From assembly GCA_951406725.2 (NCBI GenBank), contig OX597815.1, forward strand, positions 60,264,001 to 60,328,000: 64,000 nt of DNA, in the 5' to 3' direction. Source of the stretch: Octopus vulgaris (Eukaryota). The position numbers were made by a program, and so were the translations under genes. The notes below the pieces were generated by a model. That model was given only the letters and a program-made list of their open reading frames with translations. It was not told where the DNA came from and searched no databases. This document shows, piece after piece, positions 13,460-26,559 of this stretch; positions within the stretch are counted from its first letter, which is position 1, and each line of letters begins with the position of its first letter.

Positions 13460-14470
13460 GTATAGCATAACAATAGATGCCAACCTGACAGTTGTTAATT
13501 CCATTGATGTATCATTAGATTTGAAAAGAATATTTACAAACCCTATAAGAAGCCCAACGATAGACTTAGTTATACTTATGTAGGTTCCTGCCACCCCACC
13601 ATATTGTTTAAGAATTTAGTTAAGAATATTAGTAGGAGAATTTCTAGCCTCTCCTCTGATATAAACATAATATATAATGTTGCCCCATTATATAACAAAG
13701 CTCTTAAAGATAGTGGATTTAAAGAGGAAATAGCTTATTCACCTGTTATTAGTCCAGAAATAAGAAAAGAAAACATAGACACAGGAAAAGTATCTGGTTC
13801 ACGACTCCTTATTCCCCAAAGTGACCTTTAATATAGGTAAATATTTCTTCTTACTTATAGATAGACACTTTCCTATAAATCATAAATATTGGAAACTCTT
13901 TAATAGGAATAATCTAAATATTAGTTTTAGCTCAACCACAAATTTTAAATATATAATTGCACATAACACACAAAGAAAAACAACAACACGAAGCCGGCTG
14001 ATCCTGCAGAAATATCGACTTATGTCCGACAAATGGAGCCTGTACGACTGAGACCATTATTTATGAAGCCACCGTAGATTCTACGACCGCTAAGGACCAC
14101 AGTTTCGTCAAAGAAATATGTGGGCCTCACAGAAGGAAATTTTAAAGCTAGTTTCAATAATCAAACCTTAAGCTTCAGACACTGGGATAAAGGAGAAACA
14201 ACCAAATTATCCAGTTATATATGGTTATTAAAAGAACAAGGTGTCAGCTATAAGATACACTGGAATATCTTGGCCAAGTATAAACCTTATACCAACGGCA
14301 GTGAGAAGTGCGGTCTTTGTGATATGGAAAGATGGCTCATTTGGAAAAGTTCCTTAGACCCCGCTACATGTCTAAATTCAAGAACTGAACATTTTTTTAT
14401 CATCTCCACATATGACAAAATACTTATTACGGTTTTGGGTCCCCTAAAATCACAGATAGAACCAGCTTTT
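13460..14470 (+). mobile_element. Penelope-like element (Naiad-type): RT C-terminus plus GIY-YIG endonuclease, frameshifted
   Basis: ISRRISSLSS, NIGKYFFLLIDRHFP, IIYEATV..YVGLTEGNFK, LSSYIWLLK, CGLCDME, LNSRTE. Confidence 0.88.
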
Positions 14471-15266
14471 TTATTATGTCCCTGAACAAGCCTTCCATAT
14501 GTCTTAACATTTTTTTTATTGTTTTATATATATATATCTCATTTTTTCCATTTTTAATTATGTGACTATATACGAGTGTGAGTATATGTATATATAAGCA
14601 TATATTGAATGTGTATGTGTGTGCATGTGTATATATGTATACGAGTGTATGTATGTATATGTGTGTAAGACTGTATTCGGTGCATAAGGGCGACTGCAAT
14701 GCGTACGTCTCCTTCCTTTATACGTATATGTATGTATATACGCGTGTATATCTGCGGTTGTAGGTGTGTTGATGGATAACAGGGTGTATATGCATATATA
14801 TATGTACCACTATAGATATGCACATATATGTATATTCATGTATGCGGCGAGTGTGAATATATGCCCGTACGATTGTGCATATATGTATATGTTTATGCTT
14901 GTGTATGTGTATATTTATTTATATAAATGTCCATATAAATGTAGGCATATATTTATGTGAGAATGAAGTTGCGTATACATATATACGTGTGTGTGTATAT
15001 TTATTCATATATATGTATATGCATGTGTATGTATATGTGTGTGTATGTACATATATGTATATTCATATATGCGGCGAATGCGAATATATGTCTGTATAAG
15101 TGTGCATATATCTATGTGTGGATGAACTTATGTATATATATATATATACGTACGTGTGTGTGTGTATTTTTATACATATATATGCATATATATGTATATG
15201 CGTATGTATGTGTGTAAAGATGTGTATATGAGCAGAAAAATGTGTGTATGGGCATATATATATGTA

Positions 15267-16595
15267 TACTAGCTGGTGTACCCGGTAATTCCCGGGGGTA
15301 AAGATGTTCCATTGAAACGCCTTACTACTCTGATATAAGAAAGGTGTATTTTCCGTCACGAAAAAGTACAAAAACCTGTCAGCTGGAGGAGGGAGAGATT
15401 GTTGGTGATTGGCAAGAGAGGCTTTCGGAGGTTTGCGACAAAGATTGTCGGAAGTTGGTGAGAGAGGTTATATATGAATGAAGTGTTTGAAGAAAGTTTA
15501 GTAATAACGTTCACACTCTGATGGTCGCTCTTAGTGACTGCCTTTTAGCTTACGGAGTTTTTGTTTTTATATCTATCCAAAAGCAGCCAGAAGGATAGAC
15601 ATATTGTTGACAACAAATGATTTCGTTGGGGGTCTGTTATCTCCTTTTCAGCCAGTGGTGGCCTAGAGGTGTTAGAAGGATCAAGCGGCAAAGACATTAT
15701 TCTGCTTAGCAAAGACAGCTGGGAAATGTATAACTGCTGTCATTCACTGAAAAAAACTACTATTTTATCGTGAGAAAAGCGCTGTTGAAGTGTTAAGTGA
15801 AATTTGGCAATCGATGATCGCATCCACGCTATTCCTGCATGAAGCCACTACAAATACGTCATGGAATAATAAAATTGACTACTGTCATGGAACTGTAAAA
15901 ATGCAGAATTATTGGCGTAATGTGCATTCAAAAAAGTATGTATGTATAGAAATGTATGAATGAAGTCTTTAAGATTTAAGATTCAAATTAAGGAAGTGCA
16001 ATAATAATGTTTAACAGTTGAAAACTGTGAGTAGTGAAATGCAGAATTAGATCGGCTGATCGTGTGAATCAAATATTGGTCGCTTCGCTAAAAACTAGAG
16101 GTGGTATGGGTTATTTCTCTTGGGTTGTTTAAATAAAATATTAGTAATATATAGTAAATAGAAGGATCCATTGGCGGAGCCCTATTATCGATTTTTTCAA
16201 CAATCTAAGTATGTCACGATATTTCCAGACATGAGTTCTACTCACGTGTCAAACAAAGTGATATTGTCTGCAAAAATTAGGAATTGGATCACAAAAAATC
16301 AATATTCAAAGTAATCGAATATAAACAATGAAATGGATTATTTCCCTTGCGGGTTTTAAAAGAATATTTTGCAGATGCTTGGGTGTTTTTAAAAAAATTA
16401 GTTATATGAGGTAGATATAAAGGTCCCTTCCAGGGGTCGTATTATCGACTTTTTCAACAATCTAAGTATGTCACGGAGGTTTCCAGACATGTATTCTACT
16501 CACGTATGAAGTTTCATCAAAATCAATAGAACAATGTGGGAGGAGTTAGTTAACAACGCCACAAGAAACACACACTGATTTTCCACATATGTAGT
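15267..16595 (-). mobile_element. Non-autonomous Helitron-like element
   Basis: Minus-strand 3' end cccgggaattaccggg hairpin followed by agCTAG|T. Internal ~70-bp direct repeat at 16183 and 16441. Confidence 0.7.
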
Positions 16596-16798
16596 ATATA
16601 TATATGTCTGTGTGAGTGTGTAGGTATGTAGTTTTTACGAACGCAGAAGGTTTCTATCTAGTGTAAGAATGTGGTTGCGTGTATTTTATAATGATAATTT
16701 ATATTTTTTATATATCGTTATATCTTTTATATCTTTTATATCTTTTATATTTTTCATGCCTATTAGAGTAACTTTCCTTTTTTATTCAACGGTTTTTA

Positions 16799-16865
<67 letters not shown>

Positions 16866-16962
16866 CTCTTTTTACATAGTATCGGAGTTTCATTCAATCT
16901 CTTGTTGTCATTTTATTATTATTTATATATATATATGTATATACACATGTATATATGCACAT

Positions 16963-16993
<31 letters not shown>

Positions 16994-17075
16994 GATACAT
17001 ATATATATATGATATATTTATGTGTGTAAAAGCATATATTTATGTATATATACGTATGCGTATATATACATATTT

Positions 17076-17112
<37 letters not shown>

Positions 17113-17429
17113 AAAATCTTAGAGATTGAAAATTGAATTCACGGGACTCTTTCTTCAGAACCACTGCGATCGCTTCATCCTAATTATGCACCTAACAGGT
17201 AAGGTGCTGTGCAAACAATTTTCATGCATCATAGGTACAGATGTGTCTCCTCACTTATCAAAAGGTAACTCGTTTTTTACTTGTCATTTCGCTTATTTCT
17301 ATAACAAATACATTTTGGTTATTGTAGCATACTGTCCGTCTCCATGTGAAACTGAGATATCATGAAAGAATCCTTTTCATAGAAGCAATAAAATAAAATT
17401 CACAAGGATGAAAAATAAGGAATCAAAGC

Positions 17430-18993
17430 ACAAGACAACACGAAGTCAAACGTGTTATTCAAGGCCTCGATGTCAACAAAGGTCACGGCCCTGATGGCAT
17501 ACACCCACGGGTTATCAAAGTGTTGGCTCCGGTCATCTGCGAGCCCTTAACACGACTATTCAATATGTCATTGGCGACGGGTGTTATACCTGCAGACTGG
17601 AGAACAGCGATAATCTGCCCAATTTTCAAGAAATGGAGCCGCGAAGACCCGCTTAACTACCGACCGGTTTCCCTTACATCAATTATCAGCAAGATGTTCG
17701 AAACCATCCTTAAGAAAAGTATGATGCTCCACCTCCTAAACACAACCTCTATCTCTGATTCCCAACACGGCTTCGTGCCGAAGAGATCATGCTTGACCAA
17801 CCTACTAGTAATGGAAGAATTGGTGACGCGCATCCTCGATGATAGTGATGCTGTTGACATCGTTTTACTGGACTTTGCCAAAGCTTTTGACTCGGTAAAC
17901 CACCGCCTATTGCTTGTCAAGCTTCAAGCATATAGTTTTCATCCGGATATTGTACGATGGGTTGGTGCCTTCCTCTCAGATCGCTCCTTCCAAGTCCAAG
18001 TTAATGGTTCGCGGTCCGACGTCTCCAGTGCGAGCAGTGGCGTGCCTCAAGGTTCAGTGCTTGGGCCCTTGTTGTTCTTAGTCTTCATAAATGGCTTGCC
18101 CGACGACCTCACGCAACACACCCTTCTATTTGCCGACGATATCAAACTGGTCGCTCCTCGCGGTAATATAGAGGATCTTCGTCGATGCCTCCACCAAATT
18201 TGGAAGTGGTCTAACAATTGGGACCTGTGTCTGAACGTGTCAAAGTGCTGTCATCTGCCTGTCGGCTCTACTCCTGCAACTCAACTTGATTTCGAGCCGG
18301 GTCGTCTGCTGCTGGAGAGGACCGATCAGGTAAAGGATCTAGGTATCTTGGTGGATTCCTCCTTTTCGCCTTCGGCCCAGTGCGTCCATGCTGCAAACAA
18401 AGCACGCGGAATTCTGTTCTTGATTCGACGGTCATTCGGAATGCTCACAGCAGCCATATTCCTACCACTCTATGACACGCTGGTGAGACCCATATTGGAG
18501 TATGGGATTCAAGCCTCTTCTCCTTATCTCCTCAAAGACATACAGCATCTCGAAAGAGTCCAGAAGCTGGCTACCCACATGGTTCATGGTCTCAAAAATT
18601 TGTCCTACGAAGAAAGGCTGAGGACGCTCGACCTTTATTCTCTTGAAAAACGCCGCCGCCGTGGTGATCTCATTCTCGCCCACAACATCATAAGCGGAAA
18701 GTGTAACCTCTCGAAAGAGCTGTTCTTCACTCCTGCTCCAGAGCGTCGGCTGCGGGGTCATTCCGGAAAGCTCTACCTGCGACGATTTCATCTCAATCGA
18801 AGGAGAGGAGCTTTCTCCGTCCGGGTTGCGGATCCGTGGAACAAGCTGCCAGACGAGATGGTGAAGATGCCGACGACCGCTTTGTTCAAAGCCTCCCTTG
18901 ACCTCAAGTGGCCTGAACTCTTTACATGAACACCACCCTGTACTTAACTCCATGTCCCCCTACATGGCCTTGCTATTTGCTTTTGAGCCAAAT

Positions 18994-19026
<33 letters not shown>
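17430..19026 (+). mobile_element. 5'-truncated CR1-like LINE with (AACT)n tail
   Basis: Open RT ORF, short 3'UTR and (aact)n tail at 18995-19026. Confidence 0.92.
17520..18929 (+). CDS. Non-LTR reverse transcriptase (CR1-like ORF2, C-terminal part)
   Basis: NYRPVSLTS, QHGF, LDFAKAFDSV, GVPQGSVLGPLLF, FADD and YEERL..LRGH motifs. The frame stays open upstream to ~17430 (GPDGIHP). Confidence 0.93.
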   Translation: MLAPVICEPLTRLFNMSLATGVIPADWRTAIICPIFKKWSREDPLNYRPVSLTSIISKMFETILKKSMMLHLLNTTSISDSQHGFVPKRSCLTNLLVMEELVTRILDDSDAVDIVLLDFAKAFDSVNHRLLLVKLQAYSFHPDIVRWVGAFLSDRSFQVQVNGSRSDVSSASSGVPQGSVLGPLLFLVFINGLPDDLTQHTLLFADDIKLVAPRGNIEDLRRCLHQIWKWSNNWDLCLNVSKCCHLPVGSTPATQLDFEPGRLLLERTDQVKDLGILVDSSFSPSAQCVHAANKARGILFLIRRSFGMLTAAIFLPLYDTLVRPILEYGIQASSPYLLKDIQHLERVQKLATHMVHGLKNLSYEERLRTLDLYSLEKRRRRGDLILAHNIISGKCNLSKELFFTPAPERRLRGHSGKLYLRRFHLNRRRGAFSVRVADPWNKLPDEMVKMPTTALFKASLDLKWPELFT

Positions 19027-19028
<2 letters not shown>

Positions 19029-19157
19029 AATAAAATGTAATTCACTGATAAGACAGATAAAAATATAAAATACACATGCGATGACAATAGAACAAAATAA
19101 ACAACCGGACATCTATATTGATGTTTAAATTTCAGCAAAGCAAAGAAGTTAGCATAT

Positions 19158-19201
<44 letters not shown>

Positions 19202-19254
19202 ACACACTTACGCACACAGGTACGCACACACGCATATACATACACACACACATG

Positions 19255-19304
<50 letters not shown>

Positions 19305-19509
19305 CAAAATTACATACACCCAGTTATATATGCACACACACTCACACACAAATGTATAAATACCGATATGCATGAATGAATATGTAAACTGTCAACTCAG
19401 TCTGTCTGTCTATTCTAAACAGACTCTGTCCTCTAGCCTTAGATTTGGTAGGTGATAAAGATAGACTAATGAATTAAAAACGAACCTCTAGCCTTTACAA
19501 GCTGTGACG

Positions 19510-19848
19510 CTAACAACCTTCATACAGTTCTTAGAAGTGTAGTATATTCTGAGCTATATTTGTAACAACATGGACTTTTTCCCTCTTCTTGCTCTTTGAG
19601 TAAAATTATATTAATATGTCCAACTGATTAAAAAAGTCTATTTACTTATGCAGCTGAGGATAGCCCTGCATTAAAATTGATGTAATGATTGCATTGTTCA
19701 ATTAAATGCAGTCGCATGAAATGGTCGTACTGCATCACCTCTTGATATCCTGTTGCTTATTTTGATTTTATTCACCTTACATTAAGTTGTACGGATAATA
19801 TCGCACTGACTTGGTGCTTAAATTAAGTACCTAATTCAACTGAATCTC

Positions 19849-19852
<4 letters not shown>
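19510..19852 (+). repeat. Solo third copy of the element A arm, with hammerhead-like motif at 19648-19735
   Basis: Closely similar to 5490-5842 and ends in (TA)n. Confidence 0.9.
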
Positions 19853-19897
<45 letters not shown>

Positions 19898-19902
<5 letters not shown>

Positions 19903-20457
19903 ATTCTCTAAACGAGATATAGACAGTAACTGCTCCATAACATAAGGGACGTTAGCCATCTGAATGTGGCTAGGGACAGGGCAGGGCGGTGGGGGTGTTA
20001 CTGATGCATTTAGCCCCAGGCGATCATCAACGTCACCAGGAGGGCTGACGCCATCACGGCGTCCTCTAGCCTGCAAAGGGAGATCATTCCCCGAAGAAGC
20101 AGATGCCACATACGGACCTAGGTTTCAAGGTATTTGCCTATTATCAACGCATGGCAGGCACCGCTCCTCGACGAACAACTCTCTGTGCAGGATATATATA
20201 AAGATTTTCACAGTAAATACATTTACTGATGTAGAAAATCCGTTCGACAGCAATAATAATTCTCTAAACGAGATATAGACAGTAACTGCTCCATAACAAA
20301 AGGGACGATAGCCATCTGAATGTGGCTAGGGACAGGGCAGGGCGGTGGGGGTGTTACTGATGCATTTAGCCCCAGACGATCATCAACGTCACCAGGAGGG
20401 CTGACGCCATCACGGCGTCCTCTAGCCTGCAAAGGGAGATCATTCCCCGAAGAAGAA
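19898..20457 (+). repeat. Two near-identical ~200-bp GC-rich direct repeats (19898-20101 and 20254-20457), probable 5' end of a Dong/R4-type element
   Basis: Both start at taataattctctaaacgag. The second runs into RLE coding remnants. Confidence 0.8.
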
Positions 20458-20559
20458 CAAAGCCTCCCCATCAAAAATTACCAAAAACATATAGTGAAAA
20501 GAAACATAACAAGTAACAAGAATATGTGGAGATGGACAAGAAACAATAAACCGTATTGT

Positions 20560-21133
20560 CTTTGGCTGCCCAGTCAGAGCTAAGAAGGAATAAATTCACA
20601 GACACAACACTATGCCAACACTATGAAATAACAACAGAAAAAAGATCGTAAAGGTACACGCCAGAAAAGGTCACAGAAAATGGGAAGCAACCATGCTATG
20701 GGATATGCCAATAGACACAGATAGAGAAAGTAAGGCCAATAGGCCGGATATAGTTGTCAGAGATCAAGAAAAAAAATGCATTCTAATCGATGTATCAATA
20801 CCAACAGATGACATGGAGGAACATTGCAAAATACAAAGACTTGGAAATAGAGGTAATTTGAATGTGGAGTTTAAAAACAGAAACAGTTCTTATCATAATA
20901 GGCGCATTAGGTATCATAGAACATATTCTGACAAATACGTAACAAAACAGCAAGAGTAACAAATATATATAACATACAGAAAATAGTACCACTAGGCACC
21001 GCACACATCCTACGTGAAACGCTTTCAATAAAGTAAAAATGAGTGTATCACAACAAAGTACAGCACATACCCTGAAAACACAGAGCTGCGCTCGGTAGTG
21101 CAGTGAAAGCACGTGATAAAAATAAGACTACTG

Positions 21134-21224
<91 letters not shown>

Positions 21225-21240
21225 TAATAAAAATAATAAA

Positions 21241-21290
<50 letters not shown>
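20560..21290 (+). mobile_element. R4/Dong-like RLE LINE 3' fragment with (TAA)n tail
   Basis: LWDMPIDTDR..ANRPDIVV..ILIDVSIP and IIGALG motifs, then (TAA)n at 21134-21290. Confidence 0.88.
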
Positions 21291-21293
<3 letters not shown>

Positions 21294-21672
21294 TTCCTTC
21301 AGTAACGAGATAGATCTGGTATTCAGCTTTATTTTGTACAACGGTCATTTTAACACATCCTGCTGCTGTCTCTTACTCCTTTCAACACGTTGCGTTGCAT
21401 CAATTTAGCAGTTTGTGTCTCATCAGGTACATCTATCCATAAAGGTTTCTGTCTCACTAAAGATCCCGAGTTGTGGCTGTCATGTTGTTATATGCCCGTC
21501 TGCTATATGACAGACGGACATATAACAATATGATGAAACCCAAACTGGAAAACTGATGCAACACAACATGTTGAAAGGAGTCCCAAGTAGCAGGACAAGT
21601 CGAAATGGCCGTTGTACAAAATAAAGATTAATACCAAATCCATGTTCTCGTTACTTAAGCAATTATTATTAT
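21284..21672. repeat. Fold-back element C: diverged ~140-bp inverted arms with degenerate hammerhead cores
   Basis: ctcctttcaacacgttg / caacatgttgaaaggag and ttattttgtacaacgg / ccgttgtacaaaataa. Contains (C)TGATGA..gtcGAAA. Confidence 0.75.
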
Positions 21673-22132
21673 TCTTTAAGTTGTGTTGGAGTCTATTTCT
21701 AGCTAAGGAAATCTTTGCCTCTGTCTCACTGTCAGTCTGTGGTAGGATACATATCCTTTCTGTTGGCAGTAAAACCCTTGGTACTTGTTTAAAATCTTTG
21801 GGTACTTTCTTTAATTTTTCATGGTGTCTGTTATTTCTCTAGAGATACTTTTTTAATTTAACATTTTAAGAATAATTTTATAAAGTTTTTCTTGGAATGT
21901 TGCTTGGTGTTGGTTAGTAAGTAGATTTTTCAGTGATTTAAATTCGCGTCCACTTTCATCCTCCGATTTTTGATGATGCTGTGTACTATACATCCTGCTT
22001 TCCAGTTTATGGGGTAGATCCTCGTCATGTCGTATGATTTGTTGGGTCTGGAGTGTGTGTACATATATATATCCTTATGTACGGATAGTTATATATATGT
22101 ACTCACATATATTGACATGCACAAGTACATGC

Positions 22133-22212
<80 letters not shown>

Positions 22213-22744
22213 GTGTATACGATTTAAATATCAAACTTTCGTTAAGTTCATCGCTGCTATTGTGAGTATTATGAGCATTCGAATTTACAACATATTCACT
22301 GTCAGCAGTGTTTTCTTTGTATTTGCTTATTCATTGTAATTATTGGAACATGCTTGATTTGTTTTTTCTTTATTTTCAGAATCTTTAGTAAATTACTTAT
22401 CTTTTATTGTTCCCTCATTAACTGTGTTATTTATCTTCTACATAAATTTATTATTAATTTTATGTATATTGTATTCTAAGGCTTCAGTGTGTGTCCGTCA
22501 AAAAAAATCTCGTGATATCTTTTGGATTTTGGAAAGCGGTAAAGAATTTTTTAGCATTCTTAGACGATATTTGTTATCAGCAGATAAGATTATCCTGGAG
22601 AACACTAGATTTCTCGTACTTCTTGTTTGATCTATTGTTGCTAGTATATAATATGGAAGTGTCAATATTTATTGGGTTATAGTTAAAATTCGTATTTTGG
22701 TTCTCCTTATTTTCAGTTCGTTTTTTAACTTTAATATCTTTTTC

Positions 22745-23495
22745 TTATTCGTAGTTTATTCTGTTCACCTCCCTCTATTCTGTGTTTACAATTGTGTGTC
22801 CGTATCTGAAGCCTAGTTCCCTTAATATCGTGGCTACTAGAATTAACTATATTATTATCATATGTATATATATATTTTATCAATATGTGTTGTAAGATTC
22901 CTGATATGAAATCGTGTGTTGAAACCGATATTGATGTATTTCGGGACGGTCATTTTTTTTGCCAAGTAAACACACACACTATATATTTTTTCTTCACTTG
23001 TTTATTACTGTTCTTATTTTATTATTTTAACTCATGCCCATTGTCCGGAAATCTTTCGTCACACTCCTGTGACCTCTTCAGCGACACTTTTCATTTTCGT
23101 GTATGTTTTTGCTCTACTTACTCCATTCTGTTCTCTAAGAAGAAGAATAGAAGACCTCAGAAGAACAGAATGGAGCAAGTGGAGCAAGAACGCACACAAA
23201 AACGAAAAGTGTCGCTGAAGAGGTCACAGGAGTGTGACGAAAGATTTCCGGACAATGGACATGAGTTAAAATAATAAAATAAGAACAGTAATAAACAAGT
23301 GAAGAAAAAATATATAGCGTGTGTGTTTACTTGGCAAAAAAAATGACCGTCCCGAAATACATCAATATCGGTTTCAACACACGATTTCATATCAGGAATC
23401 TTACAACACATATTGATAAAATATATATATACATATGATGATAATATAGTGTGACGTAAAATAGAGGGAGACGGTCAGAATAAATTACGAATAAT
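22745..23495. repeat. Fold-back element D: ~290-bp highly similar inverted arms (22846-23132 / 23161-23448) plus an outer extension
   Basis: Near-identical ORF translations on opposite strands (22885+ and 23411-). Confidence 0.95.
23208..23257 (+). ncRNA. Minimal hammerhead-like motif (mirror copy at ~23041-23092, minus strand)
   Basis: gtgtcg-CTGAAGA-G-GTCAC-aggagt-GTGAC-GAAA-gat-TTC-cggaca. Confidence 0.62.
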
Positions 23496-24221
23496 ATATA
23501 TACACTCATATACACACATGTACAGCTATAATCGTACATATATTCACATATATACACATATGCAGTAATGGTCAAATTATATACATACACTCGCTCTTCA
23601 TATATCTCAGTAACACTTTCACACTCCATTCATTAAACTCAACAAAACACATATAACACATACGCATTCATTTAAGTGGTACGCACGCGCGCACACACAC
23701 ATACATAGTGCACATTGTACATATAGATGAATTAAAAGTAGACACGTATACATACACTCTGGCACACACTCACACATGCGCACTTCTTGGCGATACTTTC
23801 CCACCCACATACCAAAACACTACACACAAAATACACATACACTCAGACACATAGCAACACAATACGTACAGACAAGCAAAACACACATACAAACGTCATT
23901 AGAGTATAAGGACATACATGCATCTGAACATAAACACCATCCTGCACATTTAACTCTCTGTAACTGTGATGCGTATGAAATTTCTTACCTCTACCTTTAC
24001 TTCCTGTTATTTTAACCGCAAACCATTTCCAGCATTGCCTAATATACATCAAAACGCATTTTCCCATTAAGCTCGTTTCTTCCCCTGATTTCTACACTGT
24101 TAAACATTTTAAAATCAGAGTATATATATATAATAAAATATAATTGTAACAAAGGGCGCTGAATTGACAACGCCTGTACGCTAGAAATAGACGCCAAATG
24201 CGCATCTGTGTCTCAAACTTA

Positions 24222-24538
24222 TAGGCGCAGTAGGAATCTTGCTTCTCAACCACATGGTTCCGGGTTGAGTCCTACTACGTGGCACCTCGGGCAAGGTGTT
24301 TTCTACTATAGCCTCGGGCCGACCAAAGCCTTGTGAGAGGATTCGGTAGACGGAAATTGAAAGACCGTCGTATATATATATGTGTGTGCGCGCGCACGCA
24401 CCGGCGTGTGTTTGTGTGTGTGTGTGTGTATATATATATGTGTGTGTGTGTGTTTGTCTTTATGTCTGTGTTTGTCCCACCATCACCGCTTGACAACCGG
24501 TGTTTATGTGTTTATGTCCTCATAGTCTATGGTTCGGC

Positions 24539-24602
<64 letters not shown>

Positions 24603-24725
24603 GATAGAGAGAGAGAATAAGTACTAGGCTTTAAAGAATAAGTCCTAGGGATTAATTGTTTGACTAAAACCCTTCAAGGTGGTTTTCAAGCATGGCGGCA
24701 GTTAAATGACTGAAACAAGTAAAAG
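24222..24725 (+). mobile_element. tRNA-derived SINE, full-length-like, with internal (TG)n/(GA)n
   Basis: Same family as 7553-7970 and ends aaatgactgaaacaagtaaaaga. Confidence 0.85.
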
Positions 24726-25136
24726 AAACAAATAAAAAATAAAAGAATATATATCACGAAGAGGCAAATTAACCGACCTAATCGTCCAGAAATGTTATCT
24801 CTTAAGGACGTTCTGTGTTTAAAAATAGAAATATCCAGGGTCCACATAGATTTGACAGTTTCCTCCAAGACTCATTAAACTTGACGAGTGACTTCGTATA
24901 AATGTTTTTATCGCAACGGGTAACATCCGACAATATGGCAAGTATACAGTAATTTTAATTTAACTTTTATCAAATTTCCACGAGCTTCTACAGAATGATG
25001 AATAGTAATTTTCAGAAGAAAATATTTATTACTTTAAAATATATTTCAGTAAAAGAAAAGTAATTGTAACTAAATTACTCTGTATGTAGATATTATATTA
25101 AAGGTCGACAGATGTCTCCCCTCTCTCTTTCTTTAT

Positions 25137-25174
<38 letters not shown>

Positions 25175-25784
25175 TTGTGGATTTATTATGTTACCACTGG
25201 TTTCATACGAAAACATCACAAATATGAAGTATTCCTCTTAAAAATGATGGTAAATTGTTCCCATTTTAGATAAGACTCCATGGTATTAGAGATAACTTTA
25301 TGGGACTTCAAATGTTGTTTTGTGGCACAGAGTGTAATGTAAAATACAAATAAGAGGAGGTATTTCCTGTAGGACACCCTTTCATTGTTATTTCCCTTGT
25401 ATTAGCCTTGCTTCTTTGTAAGTATTGGTAAAAGTCTTTGATTTTTGTGTCCAATACACTTGAATTGCACCATATGAATACATTCATGCATACACTGATA
25501 GAAATATATACAACGTGCATAGCAAACTTCTACTTTGCATGGAGACATGAACATATATATACTGATCATTTTCAGAGATTTAGACAGCTTTTAAAGGTCT
25601 CCCCATGTAAGTCCATGAAAATTATACGTGCATGAGAATATATTATATAAATTGTGTAATGTCATGAACGTATCTCATATAAGTATAACGTTTTATATTC
25701 AAACATGAGTACCTGAAATTGAATGGATAATGGAATAAATATACATCATCATCATCATCATCATTATTATTATTATTATTATTA

Positions 25785-26095
25785 TTGAGTGACCGAGCAG
25801 AGCATGCCATCAAAGTGACACTGGGGTAAAATATACGAAGCCCAGTATACCCATCATGACTACCCGTCTGATAAGGGTACACCAGGCACATGCATCACAA
25901 CCATATGTGCGCGACATGGTGATCACATGACTATGATGCTCCCCCACTACTTCTGCTCGTGATCAGAGATGCACATATCGTCAGCCACTAAGGGACATGC
26001 TCAACTGGTTAAGGTCAAACAACTGACAAGCAAATCTGTGGTATTGAGCAGAATATTTGCTGTAGCCCATCTTTTATACCAAGACAAAACAATAA
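25785..26095. mobile_element. (TTA)n-flanked non-coding repeat, internally deleted copy
   Basis: Matches 30555-31110. Confidence 0.85.
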
Positions 26096-26109
26096 CAACT
26101 GACAAGCAA

Positions 26110-26168
<59 letters not shown>

Positions 26169-26335
26169 TATGTTTGACTTTTGCTTTATGTCTGTACAAG
26201 TTGGCTCCAAGTCTCACCCAGAGACCTCAAGAGACAACAGGTTGAAAGTTCTGTGCCATATATTTGGGTTTTTTTTTTTTGGTGTTGTACTAGTGAATGT
26301 CTAATACATAAAAATAAAAAATAAATTTAAAAAAA

Positions 26336-26368
<33 letters not shown>

Positions 26369-26373
26369 TTTAC

Positions 26374-26423
<50 letters not shown>

Positions 26424-26429
26424 TTCTTC

Positions 26430-26467
<38 letters not shown>

Positions 26468-26559
26468 GTTATATTATTATTATTATTATTATTATTATTC
26501 TTATTATTATTCTTATTATTATTATTATTATCATAATTGCCTTTGCACTGCTTCTAATG

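Noticed and set aside
18462-18953. 163-aa minus-strand ORF
   Set aside because: Antisense shadow of the CR1 RT ORF
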